A stretch of DNA of 32,000 nt from assembly GCF_000015945.1 (NCBI RefSeq), contig NC_009033.1:870001-902000 (forward strand). Direction: 5' to 3'. Both the position numbers and the translations under genes were made by a program. Position 1 is the first letter of the stretch; the number at the start of each line of letters is the position of its first letter. Of the stretch, positions 17,627 to 26,023 are shown one piece after another. This DNA comes from Staphylothermus marinus F1 (GTDB lineage: Archaea > Thermoproteota > Thermoprotei_A > Sulfolobales > Desulfurococcaceae). Under the pieces are notes generated by a model that had not been told where the DNA came from, ran no database searches, and was given only the letters and a program-made list of their open reading frames with translations.

Positions 17627-17914
17627 TTATTCTTCTCCTCCACCCTCTTCTTCCTGAAAAGTCTCCAAGAATACCTCATAGTATTCTCTGAGAATCTCTC
17701 TTTCCTCAGGAGATAAAGCAAGTTTTTTAGCTTCTGTAGCTTTAGATGTTAATACACGTTTCCCCCTATCAACCTGAAACCTCATCCTATAAAGCTCCGC
17801 TGTCTTTTTATCAGCTTTAATCTCGTATCCACACCTAGCACATTTTAAGTATATGCCATCCTCCTTTTTTACTGGTAACATTGGTCCGCCACATCTTGGA
17901 CAGAATTTAACCAT
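17627..17914 (-). CDS. Zinc-ribbon protein resembling the TFS/RpoM N-terminal ribbon, with a helical middle and an acidic tail
   Basis: MVKFCPRCGGPMLPVKKEDGIYLKCARCGYE (CxxC...CxxC) matches the N-terminal ribbon pattern of TFS/RNAP subunit M. There is no second C-terminal ribbon. It ends QEEEGGGEE. The start is taken at ATG 17914 rather than 17953. Confidence 0.7.
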   Translation of the reverse strand: MVKFCPRCGGPMLPVKKEDGIYLKCARCGYEIKADKKTAELYRMRFQVDRGKRVLTSKATEAKKLALSPEEREILREYYEVFLETFQEEEGGGEE

Positions 17915-18106
17915 TATGTTCACCAGTTTAGAGTTAAATACGCATCTATACATTATTTTGCTAGAGAAAATACTACTTTATCGAGAGTAATAAATTTATC
18001 CTACCTATATATTTAGTAGCGTAGCCATGATCATACTAATTACTTAAATATCTGCATAGAACCAAGAAATATAATAGCATATAAAACTGGTAGCAGGTGA
18101 ACATAG

Positions 18107-18199
18107 ATGATCTGGTTAGAGGAAGAATGGTGGGAGGAAGAAGAGGAAGAAGAATGGGAAGAAGAGGAAGAGTGGTGGGAAGAGGAAGAAGAATGGTAA
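18107..18199 (+). CDS. Candidate micro-ORF encoding a 30-aa Trp/Glu-only peptide, MIWLEEEWWEEEEEEEWEEEEEWWEEEEEW
   Basis: My own translation; the ORF is below the ORF-track size cut-off. ATG is at 18107 and TAA at 18197-18199. Twenty-six consecutive codons are only GAA, GAG or TGG, all in one frame. AGGTGA (18094-18099) lies 7 nt upstream. The TATA-like ATATAAAA (18079-18086) is centred about 24 nt upstream of the ATG. Confidence 0.4.
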   Translation: MIWLEEEWWEEEEEEEWEEEEEWWEEEEEW

Positions 18200-18201
18200 A
18201 A

Positions 18202-18693
18202 CTATAGCATCTCCAAGATTGACTGAATGTTTTTTGCTAGCACTTTAAAGTCATGCTCTTTAAGATCAAAAACTAGATCTGCCGGATCACATTTATTGCT
18301 GATACTTATTTTTTGATTACCAATTATAATCAAATAATAGTTTTTAGAAGAAACAAAACCAGTATTGATTTTATTAATTGTATCTCTTAATTGTCTTTGG
18401 CCAAGTATAAACATTGACAATAATAAACCCTTATTTCGAATTCGTGTATATGTTTTCTCATATACGATATAATGTAGTACTCCTTGTACGAGTTGGTTAA
18501 TTGAATATATAGCGTTAACGGGGATTAACGCATAAACGTTTTTGTCATCTAGTTTGAGATTATCTAGTTCTTCATCAATGTTTTCTCTACTTTTCTTACA
18601 GTAGAAAATATAGAAGTAAATAGTTTTTCCAAGGTAGTTAATCATATAGAATCCTTTTTCAATAGTTTCTAAATTAAATATTTTATTGTCCAA
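18202..18693 (-). CDS. cgi121: Cgi121-like KEOPS complex subunit
   Basis: 163 aa. LLLSMFILGQRQLRDTINKIN resembles the Cgi121 signature I recall from M. jannaschii (MEILVRASGQRQIHEAIKIIG), and YSINQLVQGVLHYI resembles HVLHAINQA. This is a memory-based alignment only. Confidence 0.55.
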   Translation of the reverse strand: MDNKIFNLETIEKGFYMINYLGKTIYFYIFYCKKSRENIDEELDNLKLDDKNVYALIPVNAIYSINQLVQGVLHYIVYEKTYTRIRNKGLLLSMFILGQRQLRDTINKINTGFVSSKNYYLIIIGNQKISISNKCDPADLVFDLKEHDFKVLAKNIQSILEML

Positions 18694-18757
18694 TTATTGT
18701 TCCCGTATATTATTTATAGAAAATACTTTCTTGCCTAATCCATTAATACTTATCTTG

Positions 18758-18964
18758 CTAGGCTTGTATTTGTCTCTTTAATTTTATGCCTACTAGATGC
18801 GTTATATAGCCTGCAATCTGGTTTCTAAGTTTTTTGGATTTGGTTTCTATTAGTTTTGACACTACCTTTTTATTATGTTCGAAATCCCTTGTGAATAGAT
18901 TGGGGTACTTTTCTAATAGTTCCCTAGCTGTTCTCTTAACAATTTTTGTTCTTACTTTTCCCAT
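18758..18964 (-). CDS. rps17e: 30S ribosomal protein S17e
   Basis: MGKVRTKIVKRTARELLEKYPNLFTRDFEHNKKVV is the S17e N-terminal signature; 68 aa. The ORF-track N-terminal extension to 19240 is rejected. Confidence 0.92.
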   Translation of the reverse strand: MGKVRTKIVKRTARELLEKYPNLFTRDFEHNKKVVSKLIETKSKKLRNQIAGYITHLVGIKLKRQIQA

Positions 18965-19148
18965 CCAGTACACCTCACTACTATAAACTCTATGGCAACT
19001 GTATTTCAAACCTATTAATGATATATGTGGGGTTTTTAACTTATCTATTAACCGATCATGGATAAATTTATATAGAAGTGGTTTTATGAGTAAACAATGA
19101 CAAATTATACAGTATAGAACACTAGGTTCTAAATATAAGGTGATGGTT

Positions 19149-20789
19149 ATGGCAGTTGAGCCTATGGGTATACCTGTACTTATACTCAAAGAGGGAACAC
19201 AGAGAACAGCTGGACGCGATGCTTTAAGAACAAATATCATGGCTGCTCGAGCAGTCGCAGAAATGATTAAAACAACCTACGGACCTAAAGGCATGGATAA
19301 AATGCTTGTTGATGCATTAGGAGATGTAACAATCACAAATGATGGAGCAACTATACTGGACAAAGCAGAAATACAGCATCCAGCAGCTAAGATGCTTGTC
19401 CAAATAGCTAAGAGCCAAGATTATGAAGTAGGAGATGGCACGAAGACCGCTGTAATATTTGCTGGAGAACTGCTAAGACATGCTGAGGAACTATTAGACA
19501 AAAATATTCACCCAACAATTATAGTTGGCGGATACAGGAAAGCATTAGAAGAAGCACTTAGCTTCCTATATCAAATCGCTGAACCCATAGACATTAATAA
19601 TGATGAAACCCTCAAAAAAGTGGCTAGAACAGCATTAACAAGCAAAGCAGTACATGAAGCAAGAGACTACTTTGCAGAAATATCGGTAAAAGCAATTAAA
19701 CAAATAGCCGAAAAGAGAGGAGATAAATACTATATAGACCTAGACAATGTCCAGATAATCAAGAAATATGGTGGAAGCCTACTAGACTCACTTCTAGTTT
19801 ATGGTATTGTTCTTGATAAGGAAGTTGTTCATCCTGGAATGCCTAGGAGAGTTGAAAACGCCAAAATAGCATTAATAGACGCACCATTAGAAATAGAGAA
19901 ACCAGAGATCGATGCAGAAATAAGAATAACAGATCCAAGCCAGCTCAGAGCATTTCTAGACCAAGAAGAAGAGATCCTGAAGAAAATGGTTGATAAGATT
20001 GCTGATACTGGTGCTAATGTTGTTATTTGTCAGAAGGGTATTGATGAAGTAGCACAACACTTCCTAGCAAAGAAAGGAATACTAGCAGTAAGAAGAGTAA
20101 AAAGATCAGACATGGAAAAACTAGAAAAAGCAACAGGAGGAAGAATCATAAGCAACATCGATGATCTAAAACCCGAGGATCTGGGAGAAGCCGAGCTCGT
20201 TGAGGAGAGAAAAGTTGGAGAAGACAAAATGGTCTTTGTGGAAGGATGCAAGAACCCCAAGGCTGTAAGCATCGTTATACGTGGAGGATTAGAGAGATTA
20301 GTAGATGAAGCTGAGAGGAGTCTAAGAGACGCATTAGCAGCAACTGCAGATGCTGTGAAAGATGGAAAAATTGTTGCAGGAGGCGGAGCAGTAGAAGTAG
20401 AACTAGCTAAACACTTGAGAAAATACGCTAAAACTGTTGGCGGCAAAGAACAATTGGCTATAGAAGCTTTCGCGAAATCACTAGAGGGACTAGTAATGGC
20501 TCTAGCTGAGAATGCAGGATTAGATCCTATCGAGATCATTATGAAGCTTAGAGCCGCACATGAGAAGGAAGAAGGTAAATGGATAGGCATTAACGTGTTT
20601 ACTGGAGACCTTGCAAACATGATGGAGCTAGGAGTAATCGAGCCTGTAAGTATAAAAGCCAATGCTATAAAGTCTGGTGTTGAAGCAGCAACAATGGTAC
20701 TTAGAATAGATGATGTAATAGCTGCCAGCAAGATAGAGAAGCCTGAGGAAACCGGTAAGAAGGGCGGAGAAGGCGGAGAAGAAGAGTAA
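19149..20789 (+). CDS. ths: Thermosome subunit (group II chaperonin)
   Basis: [54 protein letters not shown] and the [12 protein letters not shown] stretch, with a GGEGGEEE tail. AGGTGA (19138-19143) favours the ATG at 19149; GTG 19140 or ATG 19143 are also possible. Confidence 0.95.
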   Translation: MAVEPMGIPVLILKEGTQRTAGRDALRTNIMAARAVAEMIKTTYGPKGMDKMLVDALGDVTITNDGATILDKAEIQHPAAKMLVQIAKSQDYEVGDGTKTAVIFAGELLRHAEELLDKNIHPTIIVGGYRKALEEALSFLYQIAEPIDINNDETLKKVARTALTSKAVHEARDYFAEISVKAIKQIAEKRGDKYYIDLDNVQIIKKYGGSLLDSLLVYGIVLDKEVVHPGMPRRVENAKIALIDAPLEIEKPEIDAEIRITDPSQLRAFLDQEEEILKKMVDKIADTGANVVICQKGIDEVAQHFLAKKGILAVRRVKRSDMEKLEKATGGRIISNIDDLKPEDLGEAELVEERKVGEDKMVFVEGCKNPKAVSIVIRGGLERLVDEAERSLRDALAATADAVKDGKIVAGGGAVEVELAKHLRKYAKTVGGKEQLAIEAFAKSLEGLVMALAENAGLDPIEIIMKLRAAHEKEEGKWIGINVFTGDLANMMELGVIEPVSIKANAIKSGVEAATMVLRIDDVIAASKIEKPEETGKKGGEGGEEE

Positions 20790-20810
20790 TCTTTTTAGAG
20801 ACAAACCATA

Positions 20811-21866
20811 TTAAAACTCTTTAACTTTTATTATAACTGGTTTTTTAAGTCCTCTCGTATATAGAACAGCTTCTCCCACATCTAGGTATGGTATTATTTT
20901 CTCAATATTTAATGGTAGATATAGAGATTTAGACACTACTTCTAGATCATTCAGTGATTTAATGGAGTGAATTATTTTAGTATTAGTGTTCAGCATTGCT
21001 TCATCAACTAGTTGTGAAGGCGATTGAGAAACAATGACTAAGCCTATGCCAAACTTTCTAATCTCAGACAACATACGGGTAATTATTCCAATATAGTTGT
21101 TCCTACCTAGAACATTTTGTGCTTCTTCTAAGACAACCAGTAATTTGTTATGAGATCCAATTCTTCTTTTAATGGCTTCCCTAAATATTTTCTTCAATAG
21201 TATTGAAACATATATTCTACGAATATAGGGGTCTTGGATTCTTGAGGCATCAATTATTATTGGGTTCTCATAAGTATTTATATATTCTACGAGTTTATCT
21301 CTGCTAGAACCAAATATTTCTCGAAGGCTATCTCTTGTTAATGGACTAATTTTTCTGAGGAGAGATAATCTACTCTCCCTAAACCATGATCCTTCATCTT
21401 CAATGTCTTCTAGAATGTTTTTGAGATCATAAATACTATTGATCATATGGTTTTTGTTCTCAAATATTTTTTCTAGAATAAAAACTTGTGGAGGAGTAAG
21501 ACTTAATGAGTCTTGAAGCAGTTCTATGAAGTCATATATATTGTTTTGTTCAATTATGTTTAGAGGTACTCTTCTTGGCTCAAAATATTCTGCTTTATTG
21601 ATTAGCTTCATGTATTCTCCATGCCAATCAATAATTAACACTCTATACTTACTGGTTTTCCTGATTAATTCATTTACTATTATGGATACTGTATGTGTTT
21701 TTCCGGAGCCTGTTGAACCAACCACTAATGTATGATGAGTTAGTGTATTTACTTGTATTCTAGCTCTGACCGGGATTCTAGAATTAATTACTTCGCCAAT
21801 ATCTATTGTTTCACCACTGAATCTTGCTAAGTATTCTTGTCTAGGATACTTTATTGTTGGCTTCAA
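20811..21866 (-). CDS. HerA/FtsK-superfamily P-loop ATPase, short form (DUF87/COG0433-like)
   Basis: Walker A HTLVVGSTGSGKTH, the HerA-typical LIIDWHGEY, Walker B LLVVLEEAQN, and the sensor-like LVIVSQSPSQL. It has a TTG start, only ~45 aa precede the P-loop, and no HAS-barrel-sized N-domain is present. Confidence 0.8.
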   Translation of the reverse strand: MKPTIKYPRQEYLARFSGETIDIGEVINSRIPVRARIQVNTLTHHTLVVGSTGSGKTHTVSIIVNELIRKTSKYRVLIIDWHGEYMKLINKAEYFEPRRVPLNIIEQNNIYDFIELLQDSLSLTPPQVFILEKIFENKNHMINSIYDLKNILEDIEDEGSWFRESRLSLLRKISPLTRDSLREIFGSSRDKLVEYINTYENPIIIDASRIQDPYIRRIYVSILLKKIFREAIKRRIGSHNKLLVVLEEAQNVLGRNNYIGIITRMLSEIRKFGIGLVIVSQSPSQLVDEAMLNTNTKIIHSIKSLNDLEVVSKSLYLPLNIEKIIPYLDVGEAVLYTRGLKKPVIIKVKEF

Positions 21867-21886
21867 GAAACTAGGTATTATTAATC

Positions 21887-22237
21887 CTATACCGCTTCTT
21901 CTAGTAAAAAATTTCTAAGGCCTGGAATAGGTATTAATTCTATGTTTCTAGGATTTTTTATTTTCTTTGCAGCTAAGGCTTTTAGGCTTGATTCAATATA
22001 ATCAGTTATGATCTCTGCTTCTACATCTATTTTCTCCTTGTCTTTTCCTCTTAGAATGATTAGTCCGTCTACATTGTTTTTTGTAATGAAAGATATCGTG
22101 ATGTATGTTATGTCTTTTTTATTATTTGATCTCTGCTTTATGAATTCTCCTAGCTTCCTTAGATCTTTTTCTATTTCAGTTTCTTCGATGTCCACTACTC
22201 TATATAATCTTATATATTTAACAATGTAGTTTTTCAT
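21887..22237 (-). CDS. Hypothetical 116-aa soluble protein, partner of the HerA-like ATPase
   Basis: The ORF ends 20 nt upstream of the ATPase start on the same strand. It has no TM segment and I recognise no motif. Confidence 0.6.
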   Translation of the reverse strand: MKNYIVKYIRLYRVVDIEETEIEKDLRKLGEFIKQRSNNKKDITYITISFITKNNVDGLIILRGKDKEKIDVEAEIITDYIESSLKALAAKKIKNPRNIELIPIPGLRNFLLEEAV

Positions 22238-22297
22238 TTACCACCCTGTAAAATAAGGCTGTTCTTTTAAGGTGGTGTTTATTGAAAAACTTATAAA

Positions 22298-22663
22298 TTA
22301 TTGTTTTTTAGAAACACCGATGTAGAGTTCATTCATTACTTTGAACGGTGATTTTGGTTGTTCTTTCATCTTTATTACTACTAGGATGCCGGCTATGGAT
22401 ACTACTACTCTATAGGTATTGTCAAGTTTTGTTACAGATACAACATGGCCTTTGCCGCAGAAGTGGTGTTGTAGGCATTCTTTTTTACTAGTCGATATAT
22501 TGATTACCAGATCATCGCCTTCACTTATCTTCATGAGTTTTTCATTCATTTCCAGAGTAATTTCTACACTATCACAATCACTAATCGCTCGATACATTCC
22601 TATATATCTTAGGGGCTCTATACTTCTAACCTTACATTCATAACTAACCATTTCATACACCAT
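22298..22663 (-). CDS. rpo8: RNA polymerase subunit Rpo8 (RpoG), crenarchaeal type
   Basis: HFCGKGHVVSVTKLDNTYRVVVSIAGILVVIKMKE...MNELYIGVSKK parallels my recollection of S. solfataricus Rpo8 (DFCGHGYIVTELKD...RYITIISLFGLLVKIISNKE...MDHVYFCVKK). Confidence 0.6.
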   Translation of the reverse strand: MVYEMVSYECKVRSIEPLRYIGMYRAISDCDSVEITLEMNEKLMKISEGDDLVINISTSKKECLQHHFCGKGHVVSVTKLDNTYRVVVSIAGILVVIKMKEQPKSPFKVMNELYIGVSKKQ

Positions 22664-22758
22664 TCAACTATTCCTTTATCCAACAAACACTTTATTGAAG
22701 AGAAACTTCAATATATCTCTTACTAGATATATGTTTTCCGAGTTAAAAGGTGATAGGA

Positions 22759-23208
22759 ATGGCTTTAATAGATGCATCTAGAAGATTAGCTGCAGAACTA
22801 GCTGGTTTAGTTGATAAAAAAGTAAAAGTTATCTTGGCTGATGGAAGATTTTATGAAGGAATACTAACGGGATTCGATCACCCGTCTCTCAATATATTAT
22901 TGGAGAACGCTGTAGATAATAAAGGGAATAAATATCCTAAGGTGATTATTAAAGGAGAAAGAATCTCGGAAATCCTAACTACCGAAATACCATTATTTGA
23001 TCCAAATGATTTTAGAGAATACATTATTAGGGAAATGAGGCTTCCAGAGCATCTCGTAAAAATTATACCAGAAGCTAGAGTAGTAATTGTTCAGGGTAGA
23101 TATAAAGTTTCGGAGAAAGGAGTGGAAGGGACAGGGCCACTTGCCCAAACACTATACGAGTTCTTCCAGAGATATATTGAAGAAAGAAAGAAGCTTTTGC
23201 AGGGTTAG
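22759..23208 (+). CDS. Sm-like archaeal protein with a C-terminal extension (SmAP3-type)
   Basis: Sm1/Sm2-like VDKKVKVILADGRFYEGILTGFDHPSLNILLENAV...KVIIKGERISEI, followed by an ~80-aa extra domain. The start is taken at ATG 22759; the ORF track uses GTG 22750. Confidence 0.7.
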   Translation: MALIDASRRLAAELAGLVDKKVKVILADGRFYEGILTGFDHPSLNILLENAVDNKGNKYPKVIIKGERISEILTTEIPLFDPNDFREYIIREMRLPEHLVKIIPEARVVIVQGRYKVSEKGVEGTGPLAQTLYEFFQRYIEERKKLLQG

Positions 23209-23214
23209 AGCGTT

Positions 23215-24753
23215 TTGGAATACTATGATCCAAGAGATTATGATTTAGCTGGTAGAATAGCACGTTTAAAAACTAGGCATGGAGTTATTGAAACTCCGTA
23301 TCTTTTTCCAGTAGTAAATCCTCTTCGTCAACAACCAAGCATTGAAAAACTATATGAGTTAGGATTTAATGCATTCATTACTAATGCATACCTCTTCTAT
23401 AGAAGAAATAAGGGAGAGATAAGAAATATTCATGAAGCACTTGGATGGAACCATGTAATAATGACTGATTCTGGAGGATACCAAATACTCGTATACGGTA
23501 GTGTAGAAATTGATAATAAGACAATAGTCGAGTACGAGAAAAAAATTGGAGTAGATATCGGAGTAATACTCGATATACCGACTGGAACCCGGATGAGCTG
23601 GGGAGAAGCGCGAGAAGCAGTATTTGAAACATATAAACGAGCCGTTGAAGCATTACCATTAATAATGGATTCTGACCAATTATGGGTTCTACCTATACAA
23701 GGCTCGCCCTACAAAGACTTACTAATATACTCTTCGATAAAGGCCTGGACACTACCATACCACATACACGCATTGGGTTCTCCAACAGTTCTTCTAGAAA
23801 AATATGATTATGAAAAAATAGTTGAATTAACAGCTATTGCTAGAATACATCTACCACCACATAAGCCTCTCCACGTATTCGGAGTTGGACACCCAATGAT
23901 AATACCTTTCCTAGTTGCTTTAGGCGCAGATTTATTCGATTCTGCAAGCTATATATTGTATGCCAGAGATAATAGGTATATGACAGAAACAGGAACTAAG
24001 AGATTAGAAGAACTACAGTATTTACCATGCAACTGCCCGGTTTGTTCAAGATATAGTGTTAAAGAACTCCTTGAAATGCCTAGGTACAAAAGAATAGAAT
24101 TACTGGCTCTACACAATTTATACATGTTAAAAAAAGAATTGAACAATACAAAACAAGCTATAAAAGAAGGTAGACTATGGGAATACCTAGAATATAAGAG
24201 CAAAGCTCATCCAAGCTTAAGGAAAGCATTTAATATTCTTAAAAAATATCTAGAATACATTAAGAAATATAATCCAGCCACAAAAGGAACAACACTAGCA
24301 CTATTACTCAACGATTCAGACTCACTTATAAATCCGAGACTTTCCCTTACAAAAGAAAATACCAAAGAATATATTCTCAAAAAATACCGTGGTAAACAAA
24401 TATTGTTATTACCAGCTATTGAGAAACCCTTCAACCAGGAAAAGACCTATTTGAGAACAAAGAAACAATATAAAGGCTATGAAATATTATTCTACCACCC
24501 CTTCCTAGGGGTTTTTCCGCCACAATTATCAAATACTTATCCGTTTTTCCAACACGAAGTAGGAGTTATTAATGAAAATGTTATAGAGAATCTTGTGAAT
24601 GAATTAAAAAAAGTTATATTAGAAATTAATCCCGAAAAAATAGTGCTTGTAAAAATAGGTATGAAACCCTATGATGATATTATTGATGAATTATTGAAAG
24701 ATAAGAATCTGGTATCTACATATACATTGGATGTTCTCTCTTTGTCTGCTTAA
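23215..24753 (+). CDS. tgtA: Archaeosine tRNA-guanine transglycosylase (ArcTGT) without a recognisable PUA domain
   Basis: GRIARLKTRHGVIETP, MTDSGGYQ, FGVGHP, LFDSASY, the zinc site CNCPVC, and LALHNLY. TTG start, with no in-frame ATG nearby. The C-terminal ~150 aa do not look PUA-like. Confidence 0.9.
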   Translation: MEYYDPRDYDLAGRIARLKTRHGVIETPYLFPVVNPLRQQPSIEKLYELGFNAFITNAYLFYRRNKGEIRNIHEALGWNHVIMTDSGGYQILVYGSVEIDNKTIVEYEKKIGVDIGVILDIPTGTRMSWGEAREAVFETYKRAVEALPLIMDSDQLWVLPIQGSPYKDLLIYSSIKAWTLPYHIHALGSPTVLLEKYDYEKIVELTAIARIHLPPHKPLHVFGVGHPMIIPFLVALGADLFDSASYILYARDNRYMTETGTKRLEELQYLPCNCPVCSRYSVKELLEMPRYKRIELLALHNLYMLKKELNNTKQAIKEGRLWEYLEYKSKAHPSLRKAFNILKKYLEYIKKYNPATKGTTLALLLNDSDSLINPRLSLTKENTKEYILKKYRGKQILLLPAIEKPFNQEKTYLRTKKQYKGYEILFYHPFLGVFPPQLSNTYPFFQHEVGVINENVIENLVNELKKVILEINPEKIVLVKIGMKPYDDIIDELLKDKNLVSTYTLDVLSLSA

Positions 24754-25489
24754 CTTCTCCCTCTATAGCCTTCATTAATTCTTCCTTCTTTTCCTCAACA
24801 GCCTCTATCTTGCTAGCTTCCTCTAATAATTTACTAGTATCTATTTTTAAACCAAGCATATCAGCAATAACGCTTGTTGCAACAGCACTAGCTCTGGGAT
24901 CAGGTCTATAAAGCTCTGTATAAGCAAAAATAGCTACTCCAGGTATACGATGCGCTTCTACAAACATCATTGTCAATGCTAATGGTCCAATAACATGTTT
25001 TTCTTCTAAGAGGGGGGCGTCGAGTTTTGCTTGGTATCCGCTCAAGGGTATCCATCTATATTTCTCATCTTCTCTCTCCTTAATAGCTGGATCAAGTCCT
25101 CCAACAAGAATTGCTTTAGATACACCTATTTCTTTCAACCATCTCGCAACGAATTCTGCATAACTTGTTCTCTCTCTAACATGGGGAACTCCATGATTTA
25201 CGAGTACAAGAAGTTTCTTACCATCGATTTTTCCGTAGTATAACTCAAACGGGAACACCAAGCCTAGATCTTTCTTGTAAAGTGTTGCCTCTGGAAAATA
25301 GCGTGTTCGTATAAAACCTATTTTTCTAAGTTTTAGCTCTAATGATATATGGCGCGATGTGAGATAACCAACCATTCCAAATCCTTGATAACCAGTAATA
25401 AATACAGAATCTTCCAGTTCCTCCTTAGAAATCTTCTCTAGAAGAAATAATTCTATGCTTTTAACCAATGCTTTACTCCTCCGAAACAC
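24716..25489 (-). CDS. PAC2-family proteasome assembly chaperone / PbaB-like protein with a C-terminal HbYX-type motif
   Basis: ITGYQGFGMVGYLTSRHI is a PAC2-type N-terminal motif; 257 aa. The C-terminus is read codon by codon as ...H-P-M-Y-M-stop (hydrophobic-Tyr-X). Confidence 0.8.
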   Translation of the reverse strand: MFRRSKALVKSIELFLLEKISKEELEDSVFITGYQGFGMVGYLTSRHISLELKLRKIGFIRTRYFPEATLYKKDLGLVFPFELYYGKIDGKKLLVLVNHGVPHVRERTSYAEFVARWLKEIGVSKAILVGGLDPAIKEREDEKYRWIPLSGYQAKLDAPLLEEKHVIGPLALTMMFVEAHRIPGVAIFAYTELYRPDPRASAVATSVIADMLGLKIDTSKLLEEASKIEAVEEKKEELMKAIEGEVKQTKREHPMYM

Positions 25490-25958
25490 CTTCTCTTAAT
25501 CTAACGGCTTCGCCCCAGCTATAATATGTTATTTCCCATCCGGGTTTAATAGCTCTTCCAACACCTAATAATTCATATGAATCGCTATCAACCACTAATA
25601 CTTCATCACCAGGCTTAATATTGGGATCAGCCATTACTACATGCTTACAAAATACGTTTCCACCTGAAGCTATGAACTCACTGTATCTACTATTAACATA
25701 GATTCTTAGATGTGGATGCGGCAATATTTTGTTCAAGACTTTGCCTGCGGAAACATGTAGTATAAACCTATAATCCCCTGCTCTAATTGATAAATATATT
25801 TTATTATTAAGTAGAAGATACCTAATTTTCATTGTTGAAGGACTAATAACCAAGACAATATCATCAGGTATCAGTTGTTCACCGACGCCTCTAAATTCCA
25901 GGTCAGCAATTGCTCTAAGTTCTTCTAGCTCTTCTACTGTAGGCCTACGTTTTATCAA
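25473..25958 (-). CDS. Stand-alone pre-PUA/PUA domain protein (ArcTGT C-terminal-like)
   Basis: NIKPGDEVLVVDSDSYELLGVGRAIKPGWEI is a typical PUA core; 161 aa. Its 3' end overlaps the PAC2 gene start by 17 nt. Confidence 0.75.
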   Translation of the reverse strand: MIKRRPTVEELEELRAIADLEFRGVGEQLIPDDIVLVISPSTMKIRYLLLNNKIYLSIRAGDYRFILHVSAGKVLNKILPHPHLRIYVNSRYSEFIASGGNVFCKHVVMADPNIKPGDEVLVVDSDSYELLGVGRAIKPGWEITYYSWGEAVRLREGVSEE

Positions 25959-26023
25959 AATAGTACACCGTGATAAATAGTAGAGAAGACATGGTATAAA
26001 AATGAGCTCTACATGGCTTTATT

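Noticed and set aside
17631-17655. A GA-rich, GGTGG-containing string in inverted orientation relative to the W/E tract. It encodes the EEEGGGEE tail of the zinc-ribbon protein and could suggest a long-range inverted repeat flanking that gene.
   Set aside because: The similarity is imperfect and of low complexity. The same GAA/GAG/GGN composition also encodes the thermosome tail (20760-20789), so it probably reflects acidic-tail codon usage rather than a structural repeat.
18107-18199. The Trp-rich micro-ORF as a classical trp-operon attenuation leader.
   Set aside because: There is no co-directional downstream gene, since the next gene is convergent (cgi121). No trp biosynthesis genes are nearby, and bacterial-type attenuation is not established in archaea. 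It is kept only as a remote possibility within the finding.
18965-19240. A 92-codon N-terminal extension of the rps17e ORF that would overlap the thermosome start.
   Set aside because: S17e homology begins exactly at MGKVRTK (ATG 18964). The extension is hydrophobic nonsense covering the divergent promoter region.
20030-20731. A 233-aa ORF antisense to the thermosome gene. Similar long antisense ORFs occur at 7812-8366, 9640-10152, 10321-10740, 2654-3106, 3137-3472, 1603-1986 and 26156-26500.
   Set aside because: Each lies entirely inside a confidently identified gene on the other strand. Their translations are low-complexity Ser/Ile/Leu/Phe-rich strings with no motifs. These are typical shadow ORFs opposite purine-rich, AT-biased coding strands.
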